NCBI GenBank assembly: GCA_051252375.1
Contig: JBPOFY010000004.1
Location: 192,001 to 256,000, forward strand
DNA: 64,000 nucleotides
From: Opitutaceae bacterium
Lineage (GTDB): Bacteria; Verrucomicrobiota; Verrucomicrobiia; Opitutales; Coraliomargaritaceae
Reading direction: 5' to 3'
Of the stretch, positions 45,552 to 61,800 are shown in pieces (position 1 is the stretch's first letter; each line of letters starts with the position of its first letter). Position numbers and translations under genes: made by a program. Below the pieces are notes generated by a model. The model had not been told where the DNA came from. It made no database searches and saw only the letters and a program-made list of their open reading frames with translations.

Positions 45552-46856
45552 CTAAGAATCACTATTTTCGGCTGGGCTCAACACAACTGTCGTTGAGATA
45601 ACTCGCCTGTCGTCGACTTCATCGACAGTAACCTCAAGCCCATAAGCTTTGAATTTTTCTCCGCGAATGGGTATATGCCCGAGTTCACCCGTAATCAGAC
45701 CACCAAAAGTCGAAACTTCATCGTTTTCAATTTCGATACCTAGACGCTCTTCAATGTCGTGGATTAAGGCCAGTCCGGATATCCGATAATGATCCATCTG
45801 TCTTAACTGAAGGATCTGCTCCTCTTCGCTATCAAACTCATCCTGGATTTCGCCCACCAGCTCCTCCAGAATGCTTTCAAGCGTAATCACTCCAACCACC
45901 CCTCCAAATTCATCTACGGCGAGCGCCATGTGGAATTTAGCACGAAGCATACGCTCTAATGCTTCTTCCAGCGGAGTTTCCAGCGGAAAAATCGCAACAT
46001 TACGCTTCAACTTCATGGGGTCGATAGCAGTCACGGCATCACGCTCGCGAAAAATATCTTTGATATGTATGATTCCGAGGCATTCATCCAAATCACCACG
46101 ACACAACGGAAAACGAGTGTGTCCGGCTTGCTTCATGACCTCCAAATTCGCATCAAAGTCCTCTTCGATGTCATAAATAATGACCTGACTGCGAGGCAGC
46201 AGAACGTCGTGCACAACGAGTTCCTTCATCTGAATCGCACGATTCATAATCCGGCGAATCAAAGGCGACAAATTGCTACTATCCTCCCCCATCGCTCGGA
46301 TTTGCACATCCAAGTCCAAAGGATTTAATTCATCATCCACATCAACACCAAGTCGTCGGAACAACATTTTCTTTAACACTCGAAAAAAGAGCATTACAGG
46401 CAAAGTCACCAACTGAAAGACCAACAGCACCCGATAGGATCGCTGAATCGCCTGCACTGGGTTACGCATAGCCAAGCCCCGAGGGAAAATCTCCGCGAAA
46501 AAGAAATGCACTGACACCGCACTAACAAAAGACAGCAGCACCACGACCCAACGATCTGGCGCATTCTCTAATACAAATAGCCCGAAAAAGTCACTGACCA
46601 GCGGCAGAAGCAACAGACCAACCGCAACTGTGCATAGAGTCTTACTAAAACGCACCACCCGCCCGGTTTGGTCCCCCTGCTCCATCAATCGTGCTAGTCC
46701 CGGGCGCTGCTTCAGCTCAGACAATTCTCCATCGCTCACGCCGCCGTAGCGGAACTTCACCAAGCTAATCTCACATATCACCAGATAGGCATGCAGTATC
46801 AACATCAGCACCACTGCCCCTAAAGACAGAACAAACTGTGACCATTCCGCGCTCAT
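45552..46856 (-). CDS. CNNM-CBS-CorC (HlyC/CorC family) transporter
   Basis: N-terminal TMs, GHTRFP, VDEFGGVVGVITLE, VGEIQDEFD, STFGG. Confidence 0.9.
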   Translation of the reverse strand: MSAEWSQFVLSLGAVVLMLILHAYLVICEISLVKFRYGGVSDGELSELKQRPGLARLMEQGDQTGRVVRFSKTLCTVAVGLLLLPLVSDFFGLFVLENAPDRWVVVLLSFVSAVSVHFFFAEIFPRGLAMRNPVQAIQRSYRVLLVFQLVTLPVMLFFRVLKKMLFRRLGVDVDDELNPLDLDVQIRAMGEDSSNLSPLIRRIMNRAIQMKELVVHDVLLPRSQVIIYDIEEDFDANLEVMKQAGHTRFPLCRGDLDECLGIIHIKDIFRERDAVTAIDPMKLKRNVAIFPLETPLEEALERMLRAKFHMALAVDEFGGVVGVITLESILEELVGEIQDEFDSEEEQILQLRQMDHYRISGLALIHDIEERLGIEIENDEVSTFGGLITGELGHIPIRGEKFKAYGLEVTVDEVDDRRVISTTVVLSPAENSDS

Positions 46857-47968
46857 CGGGCATCGGCAATGACGCCGTTCTCCACAAGTTCACCAAGCAT
46901 CGCCAACAATTTCGCATTCTCAGCTAGTGTGCCGATCGTAATACGAATATATTCTGGCATCCCATAAGGCGCCAACGGGCGGATTATAATCCCACGTTGT
47001 TGTAGTTGCTCAAAAATCATTTTACCGTTTCCAACGCGAGACAGCACAAAGTTTGCCTGTCCACCATGCGTCTCAAATCCCATGGCAGAGAGACCTTCGC
47101 ACAAAAGCTGGCGACCTGCCTCATTTTCTACCTTACATTTCTCAAGAAACTGGAGATCGCCCAATGCTGCTGTTGCAGCCGCCTGCGCCACCGAATTCAC
47201 GTTAAAAGGCTGACGCACACGTTGCAGTAATTGAATCAACTCAGGGTCCCCGTAAGCATAGCCAACACGCAGCCCACCTAAACCGTAAATCTTCGAAAAC
47301 GTGCGCATACAAACGACCTTACGCCCCGCCGAAATCGCAGCGCGCAAATCAGGCGCTTGCTCTAAATACTCCGCATAAGCCTCATCGAGGCAGAAAATAA
47401 CATGCTCCGGCAACTGCTCCGCCAAACGGATCAAGTCGCTCTCGGCATTCGCCATACCAGTCGGGTTATTCGGGCTAGCCACAAACAGCAGTCGCGTGCG
47501 CTCAGTGACAGCCGCCAACATCGCATCCACATCATGGCAAAACCCCGGCATCGGCACTTCCACTGGAGTCGCACCAAACAACTTGGCTACCAACTTGTAT
47601 ACGATAAAAGCCTGCGACCCCATCACGACCTCGTCGCCAGGTCTTAAAAAAGCGTGCCCTAGAAGCTCAATGATCTCATTCGAGCCGTTGCCAACAAGAA
47701 CCGCTTCTGGTGAGACTCCGCGAACCTCCGCGATCTTCTCACGCAAGTCATAGCATCCACCATCTGGATACAGATGAATTGACCGAATGGCACGTTCTGC
47801 CGCAGCCATGCCCAAAGGTGAAGCCCCGAAAGGATTCTCATTGGATGCAAGCTTCGCAATTTTTAGTGGGTCCAGCCCAAATTCCCGAGCCACAGACTCG
47901 ATAGGTTTACCCGGCTCGTAGACTGGTTGCTCTAAGACTCCGGAGTTCGCAAGTTCAGCGTATTTCAT
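46853..47968 (-). CDS. hisC: Histidinol-phosphate aminotransferase
   Basis: YEPGKP, KLASNENP, PNNPTG, DEAYAE, RTFSKIYGLGGLRVGY. Confidence 0.95.
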   Translation of the reverse strand: MKYAELANSGVLEQPVYEPGKPIESVAREFGLDPLKIAKLASNENPFGASPLGMAAAERAIRSIHLYPDGGCYDLREKIAEVRGVSPEAVLVGNGSNEIIELLGHAFLRPGDEVVMGSQAFIVYKLVAKLFGATPVEVPMPGFCHDVDAMLAAVTERTRLLFVASPNNPTGMANAESDLIRLAEQLPEHVIFCLDEAYAEYLEQAPDLRAAISAGRKVVCMRTFSKIYGLGGLRVGYAYGDPELIQLLQRVRQPFNVNSVAQAAATAALGDLQFLEKCKVENEAGRQLLCEGLSAMGFETHGGQANFVLSRVGNGKMIFEQLQQRGIIIRPLAPYGMPEYIRITIGTLAENAKLLAMLGELVENGVIADAR

Positions 47969-48032
47969 TGATTATTAGGCTTTGAACTTGCGTCGAGTTA
48001 GACCGATTGCAACAAAAACCAACCCTCAAATT

Positions 48033-48938
48033 ATGAAGATTCTACTTACAGGTGCCACTGGCCTACTCGGAAATGCCTACGCTGAAGCTGCAATACGCCG
48101 CGGACACAAAGTCATCGCCCTTCACCATAGTCAGACGCCACGCGTCAATGGCCTCCACAAAGCCATCCAATTCGACGGTAGCCAAACCGAGAATTTAACC
48201 CAGCTGTGCTTAGAACACTGGCCCGATACAATCGTCAATTGCGCAGCGATTTCCTCACCTGACGCCGTAGATGCAGACCCTAAGCTGGCCGAGAAGGTCA
48301 ACGTCGCACTACCTCGCCTTCTCGCGCAAATCTCCACACATATCGGCGCACGCTTGCTCCACGTTTCAACCGACATGGTTTTTGATGGTCATAGTGATGA
48401 AGCCTACCGCTCCACCGACATGCCCTTTCCGACCGGACTATACGGACAGACCAAGCTCATGGCAGAACGCGAAGTTCTAGAGCACAACCCCGAAGACCCT
48501 GTCGTGCTGCGAATTCCTATCCTTATGGGCAACAGCCCGAGCGGTCAACGAAGCGTGCACGAAAAGCTACTCGCCGCCATCAATGCAGGTGAGCGACCAA
48601 AACTTTTCTGCGACGAGATTCGTCAACCCTGCTCCGCCTCCAACGTCGCTGAAGTCCTCCTAGAACTCACCGAACGCCGCGACCTCCATGGCATTTTCCA
48701 CTGGGCAGGCGCCGAAACACTCAGCCGTTTTGAGATGGGGCAGCGCATACTGCGCCACTTCGGACTCCCACTCGATTCAGTGCAATCCGTCAGCAAAAGC
48801 GACGATCCGGACTTTGCCAATCGCCCATCGAACCTGACATTTAACCTACACCCAATCGTCAGCAAACTGAAGACCAAGCCCGCCACCTTCGAAGAGCAGC
48901 TAGAAGAACTCACCGAGATCAGACCGCTCAACGCTTAA
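48033..48938 (+). CDS. RmlD-like SDR reductase
   Basis: LTGATGLLG, VNCAA, STDMVFDG, YGQTKL. Confidence 0.85.
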   Translation: MKILLTGATGLLGNAYAEAAIRRGHKVIALHHSQTPRVNGLHKAIQFDGSQTENLTQLCLEHWPDTIVNCAAISSPDAVDADPKLAEKVNVALPRLLAQISTHIGARLLHVSTDMVFDGHSDEAYRSTDMPFPTGLYGQTKLMAEREVLEHNPEDPVVLRIPILMGNSPSGQRSVHEKLLAAINAGERPKLFCDEIRQPCSASNVAEVLLELTERRDLHGIFHWAGAETLSRFEMGQRILRHFGLPLDSVQSVSKSDDPDFANRPSNLTFNLHPIVSKLKTKPATFEEQLEELTEIRPLNA

Positions 48939-48945
48939 GCTTACA

Positions 48946-49659
48946 ATGCTCATCACGCTGCCCAATGCCTTCGGCGACGCCGCCACCAATATGGCGATTG
49001 ATGCGGCCCTGCTGACTACCTTGCCTAAAGGCATTGCCGTCCTGCGCCACTACGGCTGGACAGAGCCGGCCATCACTTTCGGCTACACCCAACGATTCGC
49101 CGAAGTCCAAGCTGGCTACTCCGAAGATCTCACACTCTGCAGGCGCTTAACCGGTGGCGGCATCGTCGACCATCGCAACGACTGGACCTACGCGCTCACT
49201 CTGCAGACAGAACTCCCCGCAGCACACATCCCAGCCAACGACTTCTACGCGTCCACACATCAGGCGATCCAAAACGCCCTAGCCGAGCACTTAGTTCAAA
49301 GCCAGCTCGCACCCTGCCCTAAAAAATGCGGCGAACCCACAGCAAGCACTACATCTGCCTCACAGTGCTTCGTCACCCCCGCCGCCAACGACGTGCTACT
49401 GCCAAATGGACAAAAAATCGCCGGTGCCGCGATGAAACGTAGCCGCGATGGGCTACTCGTCCAAGGCTCCATCGACCGCGCGACCTTACCCGCCGACTTC
49501 AACTTCGAAACATTTCAAGCTGCACTATCCAATCAACTTTCAGCCGCATTCGACATCTCAGTAGGGCACAGCGAAGATCTCCGCGGGCTCTTCGACAGCG
49601 CGCTTATACAAACTAAACGAGAGCTCTTTTCTAGCGAGGCATGGACCAATAAACGGTAG
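48946..49659 (+). CDS. Lipoate-protein ligase / octanoyltransferase family protein
   Basis: NMAIDAAL, RRLTGGGIVDH, KIAGAA. Confidence 0.85.
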   Translation: MLITLPNAFGDAATNMAIDAALLTTLPKGIAVLRHYGWTEPAITFGYTQRFAEVQAGYSEDLTLCRRLTGGGIVDHRNDWTYALTLQTELPAAHIPANDFYASTHQAIQNALAEHLVQSQLAPCPKKCGEPTASTTSASQCFVTPAANDVLLPNGQKIAGAAMKRSRDGLLVQGSIDRATLPADFNFETFQAALSNQLSAAFDISVGHSEDLRGLFDSALIQTKRELFSSEAWTNKR

Positions 49660-49722
49660 CAGCCCAATTGTGAATAGCTTCTGCTTGCTTTGCTCTAGAC
49701 CAGCAACACTCTAGGCATTCCG

Positions 49723-53454
<3,732 letters not shown>

Positions 53455-53480
53455 CAGAGAACCATCGAGGCTACAGACGA

Positions 53481-54848
<1,368 letters not shown>

Positions 54849-54983
54849 TTATATGTTATTCGTTGAAATTGTTTTTGTGTATTAACTAAAGGCTAAACCA
54901 GCACGTCGATGCAGGTCTGCCACAATATCTGATTTGATGTTGGTCATTCCTGACCAAGCTTCAACCCCCAACTAGTGGTTCGC

Positions 54984-55577
54984 CTAGACAGGCTTACTTT
55001 CGATCACCTTATCAACGATCCCATACTCGAGCGCATCTTGAGCAGTGAGATAGAAATCACGGTCCGTATCGGATGCGATCTCTTCAGCGGTCTTATTCGT
55101 GTGACGTGCCATGAGCTGATTCATCTGCTCGCGCCAGCGAAGGATTTCTTTCGCGGCGATGGAAATGTCGGATGTCTGACCAGTGGCTCCGCCCGTAGGC
55201 TGATGCATCATGACGCGGCTATTAGGGAGCGCATAACGCTTACCCTTGGTGCCGGAAGCGAGCAACAATGTTGCCATACTGGCGGCTTGGCCGACACAAT
55301 ATGTGACCACATCGCACTGCAGGAAGTTCATCGTATCGTAGATCGCCATGCCATCGGTGACACTGCCACCGGGGGAGTTGATGTAGAGACTGATGTCTTT
55401 CTTAGGATCTTCCATTTGCAGGAAGAGCATTTGAGCGATGACGGCGTTGGCGACAAAGTCGTTAATCGGCGTGCCGATAAAGATAATACGGTCGCGCAAT
55501 AGGCGACTGTAGATATCCCAGGCGCGCTCAGTGCGGCCTTCGCGCTCGTAGACAGTAGGAAGTGGAACGTAGCTCAC
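54984..55577 (-). CDS. clpP: Clp protease proteolytic subunit
   Basis: [28 protein letters not shown]. Confidence 0.98.
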   Translation of the reverse strand: MSYVPLPTVYEREGRTERAWDIYSRLLRDRIIFIGTPINDFVANAVIAQMLFLQMEDPKKDISLYINSPGGSVTDGMAIYDTMNFLQCDVVTYCVGQAASMATLLLASGTKGKRYALPNSRVMMHQPTGGATGQTSDISIAAKEILRWREQMNQLMARHTNKTAEEIASDTDRDFYLTAQDALEYGIVDKVIESKPV

Positions 55578-55607
55578 GGTATAGTTTGTATGTTTAGCGT
55601 TGAATTA

Positions 55608-55637
55608 AACTACGCACGGTATCGACCGTGCGCAGTT
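55608..55637 (-). terminator. Hairpin between tig and clpP
   Basis: AACTACGCACGGT-ATCG-ACCGTGCGCAGTT. Confidence 0.55.
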
Positions 55638-55662
55638 AATCAAATGCTTTTACCAAATTCGG

Positions 55663-56991
55663 TTAAGCAGACGCTTCAACGGTCTCACGCTCGGCCTTCT
55701 CGATGATGAGATCCATCGTTTTGCCAAGAATGATGTCGCCGCGCATACGGTCGATGCGGCTACGATCCTTTTGGATTTCTTTAACGAGCTTGTCAGGCTT
55801 TTGACCGGACTGTTGCGCTTCCATCATGATCATACGGCTAAAATCGTCGTTCTCGGCTTTGATCTTTTCCTTCTCGGCGATCTTGCTGAGGATAAGGCGA
55901 GACTTCAAGCGGTCGCGAGCGGCGGCGCTAGCACCTTCGTGAAGCTGCGCCTTATGTTTCTCAAACTCTTCAGCAGAGACACCTTGCTGCATGTTGCGCT
56001 GCATGAAATCACGCAGAACAGCTTCGGTTTCGCTCTCGATACCGCTTTCAGGGATCGCAAAGTCGACACTATCGAGAAGTAGCTTAGTAACTTGCTCACG
56101 CTCAGCACCGGCATTCTTTTGCTTCTTCTGATTTTCGATGTTTTCGCGGATACGCTCACGTAGCTCGGCTTCGTCTTTAACTTGAACGCTCTTGAAGAAT
56201 TCTTCGTTCATCTCAGGCATGACCTTTTCGCGAACTTCTTCAGCTTTCAGAGAATACACAGCTGTCTTACCAGCAAGGGCTTCTGGTTTAAAGTCTTCTG
56301 GGAATTCCATTGTGACTTCCTTTTCGTCGCCCGCCTTCATGCCTACGAGGCCTTCGACAACAGCACTTACGCCAGGAGTCTCTTCAGCGCCGGCTTCCTC
56401 CCAAGTCACCTTCTGAGTGCCATACATTGGCGAATCAGGAACGAGGTCAGCGACCAATTCGTCACCGATCTTACCTTCGTAGCTGCAACGGACATAGTCG
56501 CCCTTATCGGCAGCCTTTTCAGCAACGTTAAACTCTGCGCGCTGACTGAGGATTTGCTCGATCATCTTATCGATTTCTTCGTCAGACGCTTCAGTCGGCT
56601 CGTTGGTAACCTTCAAGCCAGTATATTCAGGAGCTTCGAATTCGGGCACGATATCTACAGTGAATGTGATTTCTGCATCCTTATCGGCTGCGATTTCACC
56701 TTCGGCGAGATCGACGATATTGAAAATATTCACATCTGACTTAGCCACACCTTCTTCGTGTGCTTTGGAAATCACGCGTTGCTTGAGCTCTTGCTTCAGA
56801 TCTTTTGCATAGCGAGTGCGCACCATAGCTTCAGGAGCCTTACCCGGGCGGAAGCCAGGAATCTTGGCATTACGCTGGAAGTCCTTAATCAAGGCGGCTT
56901 CTTGCGCAGCGACTTCCTGGGAAGTCAGGCTGACTGTGATTGTCTTGCGGGTTTCGTTGATGTCTTTGACGTCGGTTTTCACGTTGCTCAT
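55663..56991 (-). CDS. tig: Trigger factor
   Basis: IPGFRPGKAP signature, FKBP-like GLVGMKAG...FPEDF, tig-clpP-clpX synteny. Confidence 0.95.
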   Translation of the reverse strand: MSNVKTDVKDINETRKTITVSLTSQEVAAQEAALIKDFQRNAKIPGFRPGKAPEAMVRTRYAKDLKQELKQRVISKAHEEGVAKSDVNIFNIVDLAEGEIAADKDAEITFTVDIVPEFEAPEYTGLKVTNEPTEASDEEIDKMIEQILSQRAEFNVAEKAADKGDYVRCSYEGKIGDELVADLVPDSPMYGTQKVTWEEAGAEETPGVSAVVEGLVGMKAGDEKEVTMEFPEDFKPEALAGKTAVYSLKAEEVREKVMPEMNEEFFKSVQVKDEAELRERIRENIENQKKQKNAGAEREQVTKLLLDSVDFAIPESGIESETEAVLRDFMQRNMQQGVSAEEFEKHKAQLHEGASAAARDRLKSRLILSKIAEKEKIKAENDDFSRMIMMEAQQSGQKPDKLVKEIQKDRSRIDRMRGDIILGKTMDLIIEKAERETVEASA

Positions 56992-57113
56992 AAAAAATGT
57001 TGATTGGATAATGCCTTAAGTGGCGGGATTTGAAAAAGCGGGCTAATAAAGGGGAAAGGGTTTTTTCGGTCAATGCCTATGTTGCATATCCGAGACGGAA
57101 AGGAAAAAGCAAG

Positions 57114-57689
57114 CTATTCGCCGGGTTGACGGGCTTTAAAGCGGATAAAATCGGGTTCAACCACCTTAAACAGGTGCGCCCAAGGCTGAACGGCCACCAT
57201 CGTATCGGGCACAGCACTGATTCCAGTGTGCAAAACGCCAATAATAACACGATTCTCCTTCCGGCTAAACATACGCAAACGCAGCCCAAGTTCGTCCAAC
57301 ATCGGCTTCACCGCGGTCGCATCCACACCTTCGGCTAGCTCTAAAGTCACTTGATCGGCCGCCATGTAAGTGAACTCACCACTTTCTAGGTCCTGAACAA
57401 CACGAACATACGGGTAACTCTTTTCAAAAGTCAGCGACCAGACCTTTTCCTTTGGCGCTTCGGCATTGGGTAAAAATCCAAAATCGATGACCAAGCCTGC
57501 CCGGATGGAATCTGGCACCTCAACTGGTAGCGACTCGGCTCCGGCATCGACCATCTTTTGATTATGCTCCAGCCATGGGTCCACCTGTGCTTCTTCCTTA
57601 GCCGCGCGGCGCGACATAATCACGGAGACCAACAGCATCCCGAGGATAAAACCTCCAAAGTAAACAAGTACTCGGTCCATTTTTTTCAT
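57114..57689 (-). CDS. Membrane-anchored hypothetical protein, possibly subtilase pro-domain-like
   Basis: N-terminal TM; YPYVRV...MAADQVTLEL...VEPDF pattern. Confidence 0.6.
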   Translation of the reverse strand: MKKMDRVLVYFGGFILGMLLVSVIMSRRAAKEEAQVDPWLEHNQKMVDAGAESLPVEVPDSIRAGLVIDFGFLPNAEAPKEKVWSLTFEKSYPYVRVVQDLESGEFTYMAADQVTLELAEGVDATAVKPMLDELGLRLRMFSRKENRVIIGVLHTGISAVPDTMVAVQPWAHLFKVVEPDFIRFKARQPGE

Positions 57690-57970
57690 TCTGAAACCCC
57701 TTCCTCTGCAGTCTGCTTCGCCATGTAGTCATTCCTAGCACGTATCACACAGATCACGATCGACGCACCGCCTGCCCAAACAACGCCGTAATTTAGCCCA
57801 TTCATAAAGCCAAAGGAGGCAAAATATCCCAAATCCGCATGCTCGCGAAATAGTAGAGCGAAGAGCAGGTGCGTGACTACACCCGCCATCGCGCCGATAA
57901 AACAGATGATGGCGACATAGTAAATCCACAGGACAAGCCAATGGATCAAACCTAGAGCTATTCTTAACAT
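57686..57970 (-). CDS. Small hypothetical membrane protein
   Basis: 94 aa, 2-3 hydrophobic segments, stop overlaps the next start (ATGA). Confidence 0.6.
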   Translation of the reverse strand: MLRIALGLIHWLVLWIYYVAIICFIGAMAGVVTHLLFALLFREHADLGYFASFGFMNGLNYGVVWAGGASIVICVIRARNDYMAKQTAEEGVSE

Positions 57971-58146
57971 TCGCGCGGAAAGTGTAAGGGAAATGACGCC
58001 TTGGCAAGCACATCACCGCCTCTCTTCGCAAGTAACCACTCTACTATATGCGTCTAGGCATTGTAAAATAGCTCCTTCCTTTTCTTAGTAGGCTTGAAAA
58101 CTGCTAAAGCTTCGACATTAACACTCCAATGCTCCCAGAAAACAGT

Positions 58147-58707
58147 ATGCCCTCTCCACTTGAAGATCTCGACAGAATCATCGTAGACGAAACGACGATT
58201 AATGAGCGCCTCACCCAACTTGGCGAAGAAATCAACATCGCATATGAAGGCAAAGAGGTCGCCGTCATCGCAATCATCAACGGAGCTATCATTTTTGTCG
58301 CTGACCTCATACGTAAATTGAACATCCCGATTCAACTAGACTGCATCCGCGTCTCCAGTTATCGCGACGAGACCACACCCGTTCAAGCACCCGAGATCAT
58401 CGACAGCATCCGCCTCAACTTAGAAGGCGTACACGTGCTACTGATCGATGACATCCTGGACACGGGCAATACGCTGTCTCGCGTCTCTACAATTATCAGC
58501 AACTTGAACCCGGCCAGCCTCAAGACCTGCGTTTTACTAGACAAACACACCAAACGTAGCGTCAATTTTGAGGCTGATTTCGTTGGTTTTCAAATTCCCG
58601 ATGAGTTTGTAGTCGGTTACGGTCTAGATTTTGCCGAGCGCTATCGGCAGCTGCCTTATATCGGCATCCTTAAGCCAGACCTGCAAAACCCTCCTGTTTG
58701 GGCTTAA
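58147..58707 (+). CDS. hpt: Hypoxanthine phosphoribosyltransferase
   Basis: [32 protein letters not shown]. Confidence 0.95.
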   Translation: MPSPLEDLDRIIVDETTINERLTQLGEEINIAYEGKEVAVIAIINGAIIFVADLIRKLNIPIQLDCIRVSSYRDETTPVQAPEIIDSIRLNLEGVHVLLIDDILDTGNTLSRVSTIISNLNPASLKTCVLLDKHTKRSVNFEADFVGFQIPDEFVVGYGLDFAERYRQLPYIGILKPDLQNPPVWA

Positions 58708-58896
58708 TTGAGAGTCCCACTCGCAGAAATAGTGCAAATCAATGCCATGAAACAGGAAATAAACTAATATAATATTGACCTAGGATTAGCGCGACTTATC
58801 GTAAGCGCCATCTAAATACAGCTCTATTGCACATAGCCAATGCGGCAAGAGAACTGCTCAATCACTCTAATATCACTAAAATCGAAAAATAGTACT

Positions 58897-61800
58897 ATGG
58901 AATTCAAGACACAACTTGGACTAGACCCAGAAACCGCAGCTTCCACTCACGACGAGCAAGCGCTCCTTGAGTATGTAAACCTGAAGCTGACCTCAATCGG
59001 CCAACCTGTATTTGGCGACATCACGGATTCAGAGTTTTTTGGACTGAGCAAATCACTGCTCGACAGCTATCAGGAAAAATCACGCCTACTCGCAGACTAT
59101 TTGCCTCCTTGCGACCAACGGATCCAAAGTTTCCTGATGGAGTATTTCGATGACCTCGAAATCGAGGATATCCCACATCTTCCAAACAATACACTGATCC
59201 TCGATCGCCACGGTGTAGCCCGCACGCTTTCGCTGCCAGCCAAAGGTGACCACTTTTCTTCCGACATCATTGATTCATACCGAATCGAACAAGGAGTGCT
59301 CCATAATCCAAAGAGTGATCGCCGCACCACCAAGGGAGTTTTCCACGTTACCGAAGGCGGATTACCTATTCCCAATGATAAGAAGGCAGTACCAAAAATC
59401 GCAGCCGCGCGACTATTCAAAAAGGCACTCACCACAGCACCTGACTCTCTCACCACTTTACCATTCCTTGCCAACGAGGACGAATCAGCAAAGGCGTGGG
59501 TATCCCTCCTGCTTCGCCCAGTCGTTGTCCCAGAAGTCGATGGCTTCACCAAAGAGAAGTCGATGGAAGTGCGCTTCTTCGCGCCGGGCAACATGGTCAG
59601 CAATCTTGATTTCGTCGAATCCATCTTCGGCAACGCAGGCGATCCTTTCATCGCAGATAACGACGCTGGACTCGCCCCCGAAAATTGGACCGGCACCAGT
59701 GGTTGCGTGATCCTCGCCCCACACCTCATGGGCACGACCAAAATAGAACTGGGACTGCCCCATGTCTCTGAAGCGACGGATCGCCAAAAACGCGACGGCA
59801 TGTGCTGGGAGAAAGAGGATGAGCTCTACAACGATGGTGGCGCCTTCAAAATCACTTGCCGTGATGAGTCTGGTCGCATCGTCACCGCGATTGCCGACAA
59901 CTATTTCGGCTACTGCAAAAAAGAGGTCAAAACTCAGATCGGATTTTCTGCCAACCTGCACGGTCTGGCAGAAGAGGAACACGCTGGCGGCACACTCGCA
60001 TTCACAGGGTATGACCTAGGTGAGGACTTCCAACTCAGTCAATACTACCCCGAAGTCGATCAAACGTTTAACGGCATCGTGGCACGCTACAGTGACCGTA
60101 TCGATGTGATGCCAGAAGGCTACGCCGTCGATAAAACCTACAAGGACATTCTCTATCTCCCGGAAGATTCACAGATCGAATTGAATAACCAAACGATCAC
60201 TTGGAGCAAAGACGGCGCTGAACAAAAGATCAAACTACTGCCCAACATCACCTACGTGCTCCCTTCAGGATACAAGGTGCAAATGATGCAACCAGCAGCG
60301 GGCCGTCGCTGGCGCCTAGTCGGCTACACCGCCGAAAGCCGCGTCTGCCATAAGCCCTGCACCGTTTCTGGTGGCGGTAAATCCGAGATTTCGAAGCCGA
60401 TCACCGACGCCATCATTTCCGGTCCGGTCTTTGTCAGTGATTTCGAGAAGGATTTCGATCTCGCCGAAGAAATCATCAATTACGAATACGGCGAACGCTT
60501 CAGCGACACATCAAAGAACCGTCCGAAAGGTCGACCACTCCTCGGTAAAGCGCGATCACTCGGCTCTGTCATTAAGCTGCTAACGCCATCCAAATCCGAC
60601 TATAACGAGACATACAATGCTTGGCTGAAATCGATACCGCAGCACGTCAAAGAACTCGTGCTCATCATCAAGCGTTTCTACAAGGAGGACTGGGGCACCG
60701 ATTGGCGCAAGCGCTTCACCGTCGACTTAATCAACGGTGAGCCCGGCAACATCCTACGCTACCGCGAACAGCAAATGCTGACACAGTATCTGCGCATCGG
60801 CTACACCTCCGAAGGTGCATGGCGCACATTCGGTCTGCGCAAGGACTTCATCCCCGCAGCCAAAATTTCGCTTGAAGACGATATCACCGCATCGACGGTC
60901 GCGCCCTCGTCTTGCATCAAGAGCTTGCCTGTGGACTGGGATGCTCCCTCGGCAAAATTCGTATTTAATTGCGAATACCGCTTCTTCCAGCGTCCAGACG
61001 ACGCAGTCATTCGCGGCTATGATCATCAAGCCGAGAAAGATCTCAGCTCAGCTGGCAGCTTCCTCAGTAATTACGAACCGCTCGATGCTGAGCACGGTAA
61101 AAACGAAATCGAAGATGCGATTCGCTTCGGCCAATACACGCAGCCGATGCAAGACATGGTCACCAATTTCGTCCAAGCGCCTCACAGCGATTACTACGCA
61201 ACGCCCGCCTACCCTCGTATGGTAGATGGCAAGCCGACAAAGAACCCACGTTATCTTCAGGTTCGTCCTGACTTAAAGGATAAGCGTTCTCTTTACCTCG
61301 CTGATATAAGCTCACGACTCTATCGCCGCCAAGACTCACAGTCTCCGCTGCTACGCCCAGTCACATCGATCCTTCCAGGACGTCGCAACAACCCAGCAGA
61401 GCCAGAGGCAGGCGTAAAGCCACTCTGCACATTCAGCCCGATCCATCACATGGAGCTCCCCGAGCTCTTCATGGAATTTATCGCAAGCATCACTGGTAAA
61501 TCTCCATCGACTACTGGTGCAGGCTCAGAAGGCGCACTCACGAAGGGTCCTTTCAACGCGCTCTTGCCGATCTACGATATGAATAACGCGCTCGTATCCT
61601 ACCTAGCTACAGAGCAGCCCGCGTTCATCACAGCTGCTGGCTATGTCGGACCTAAGTTTCGAGTCGATCACGACATCAGTCTGCTCGTCCCCGAAATCTG
61701 GTGCCGCCTCAAACCCAATGAAACCGATCCTAAATGGCTCCTCCAGCACGGTTATCTAGAAAAGATCGAAGACTTCGAACACGAAGGTAAGGTGGTTAAA

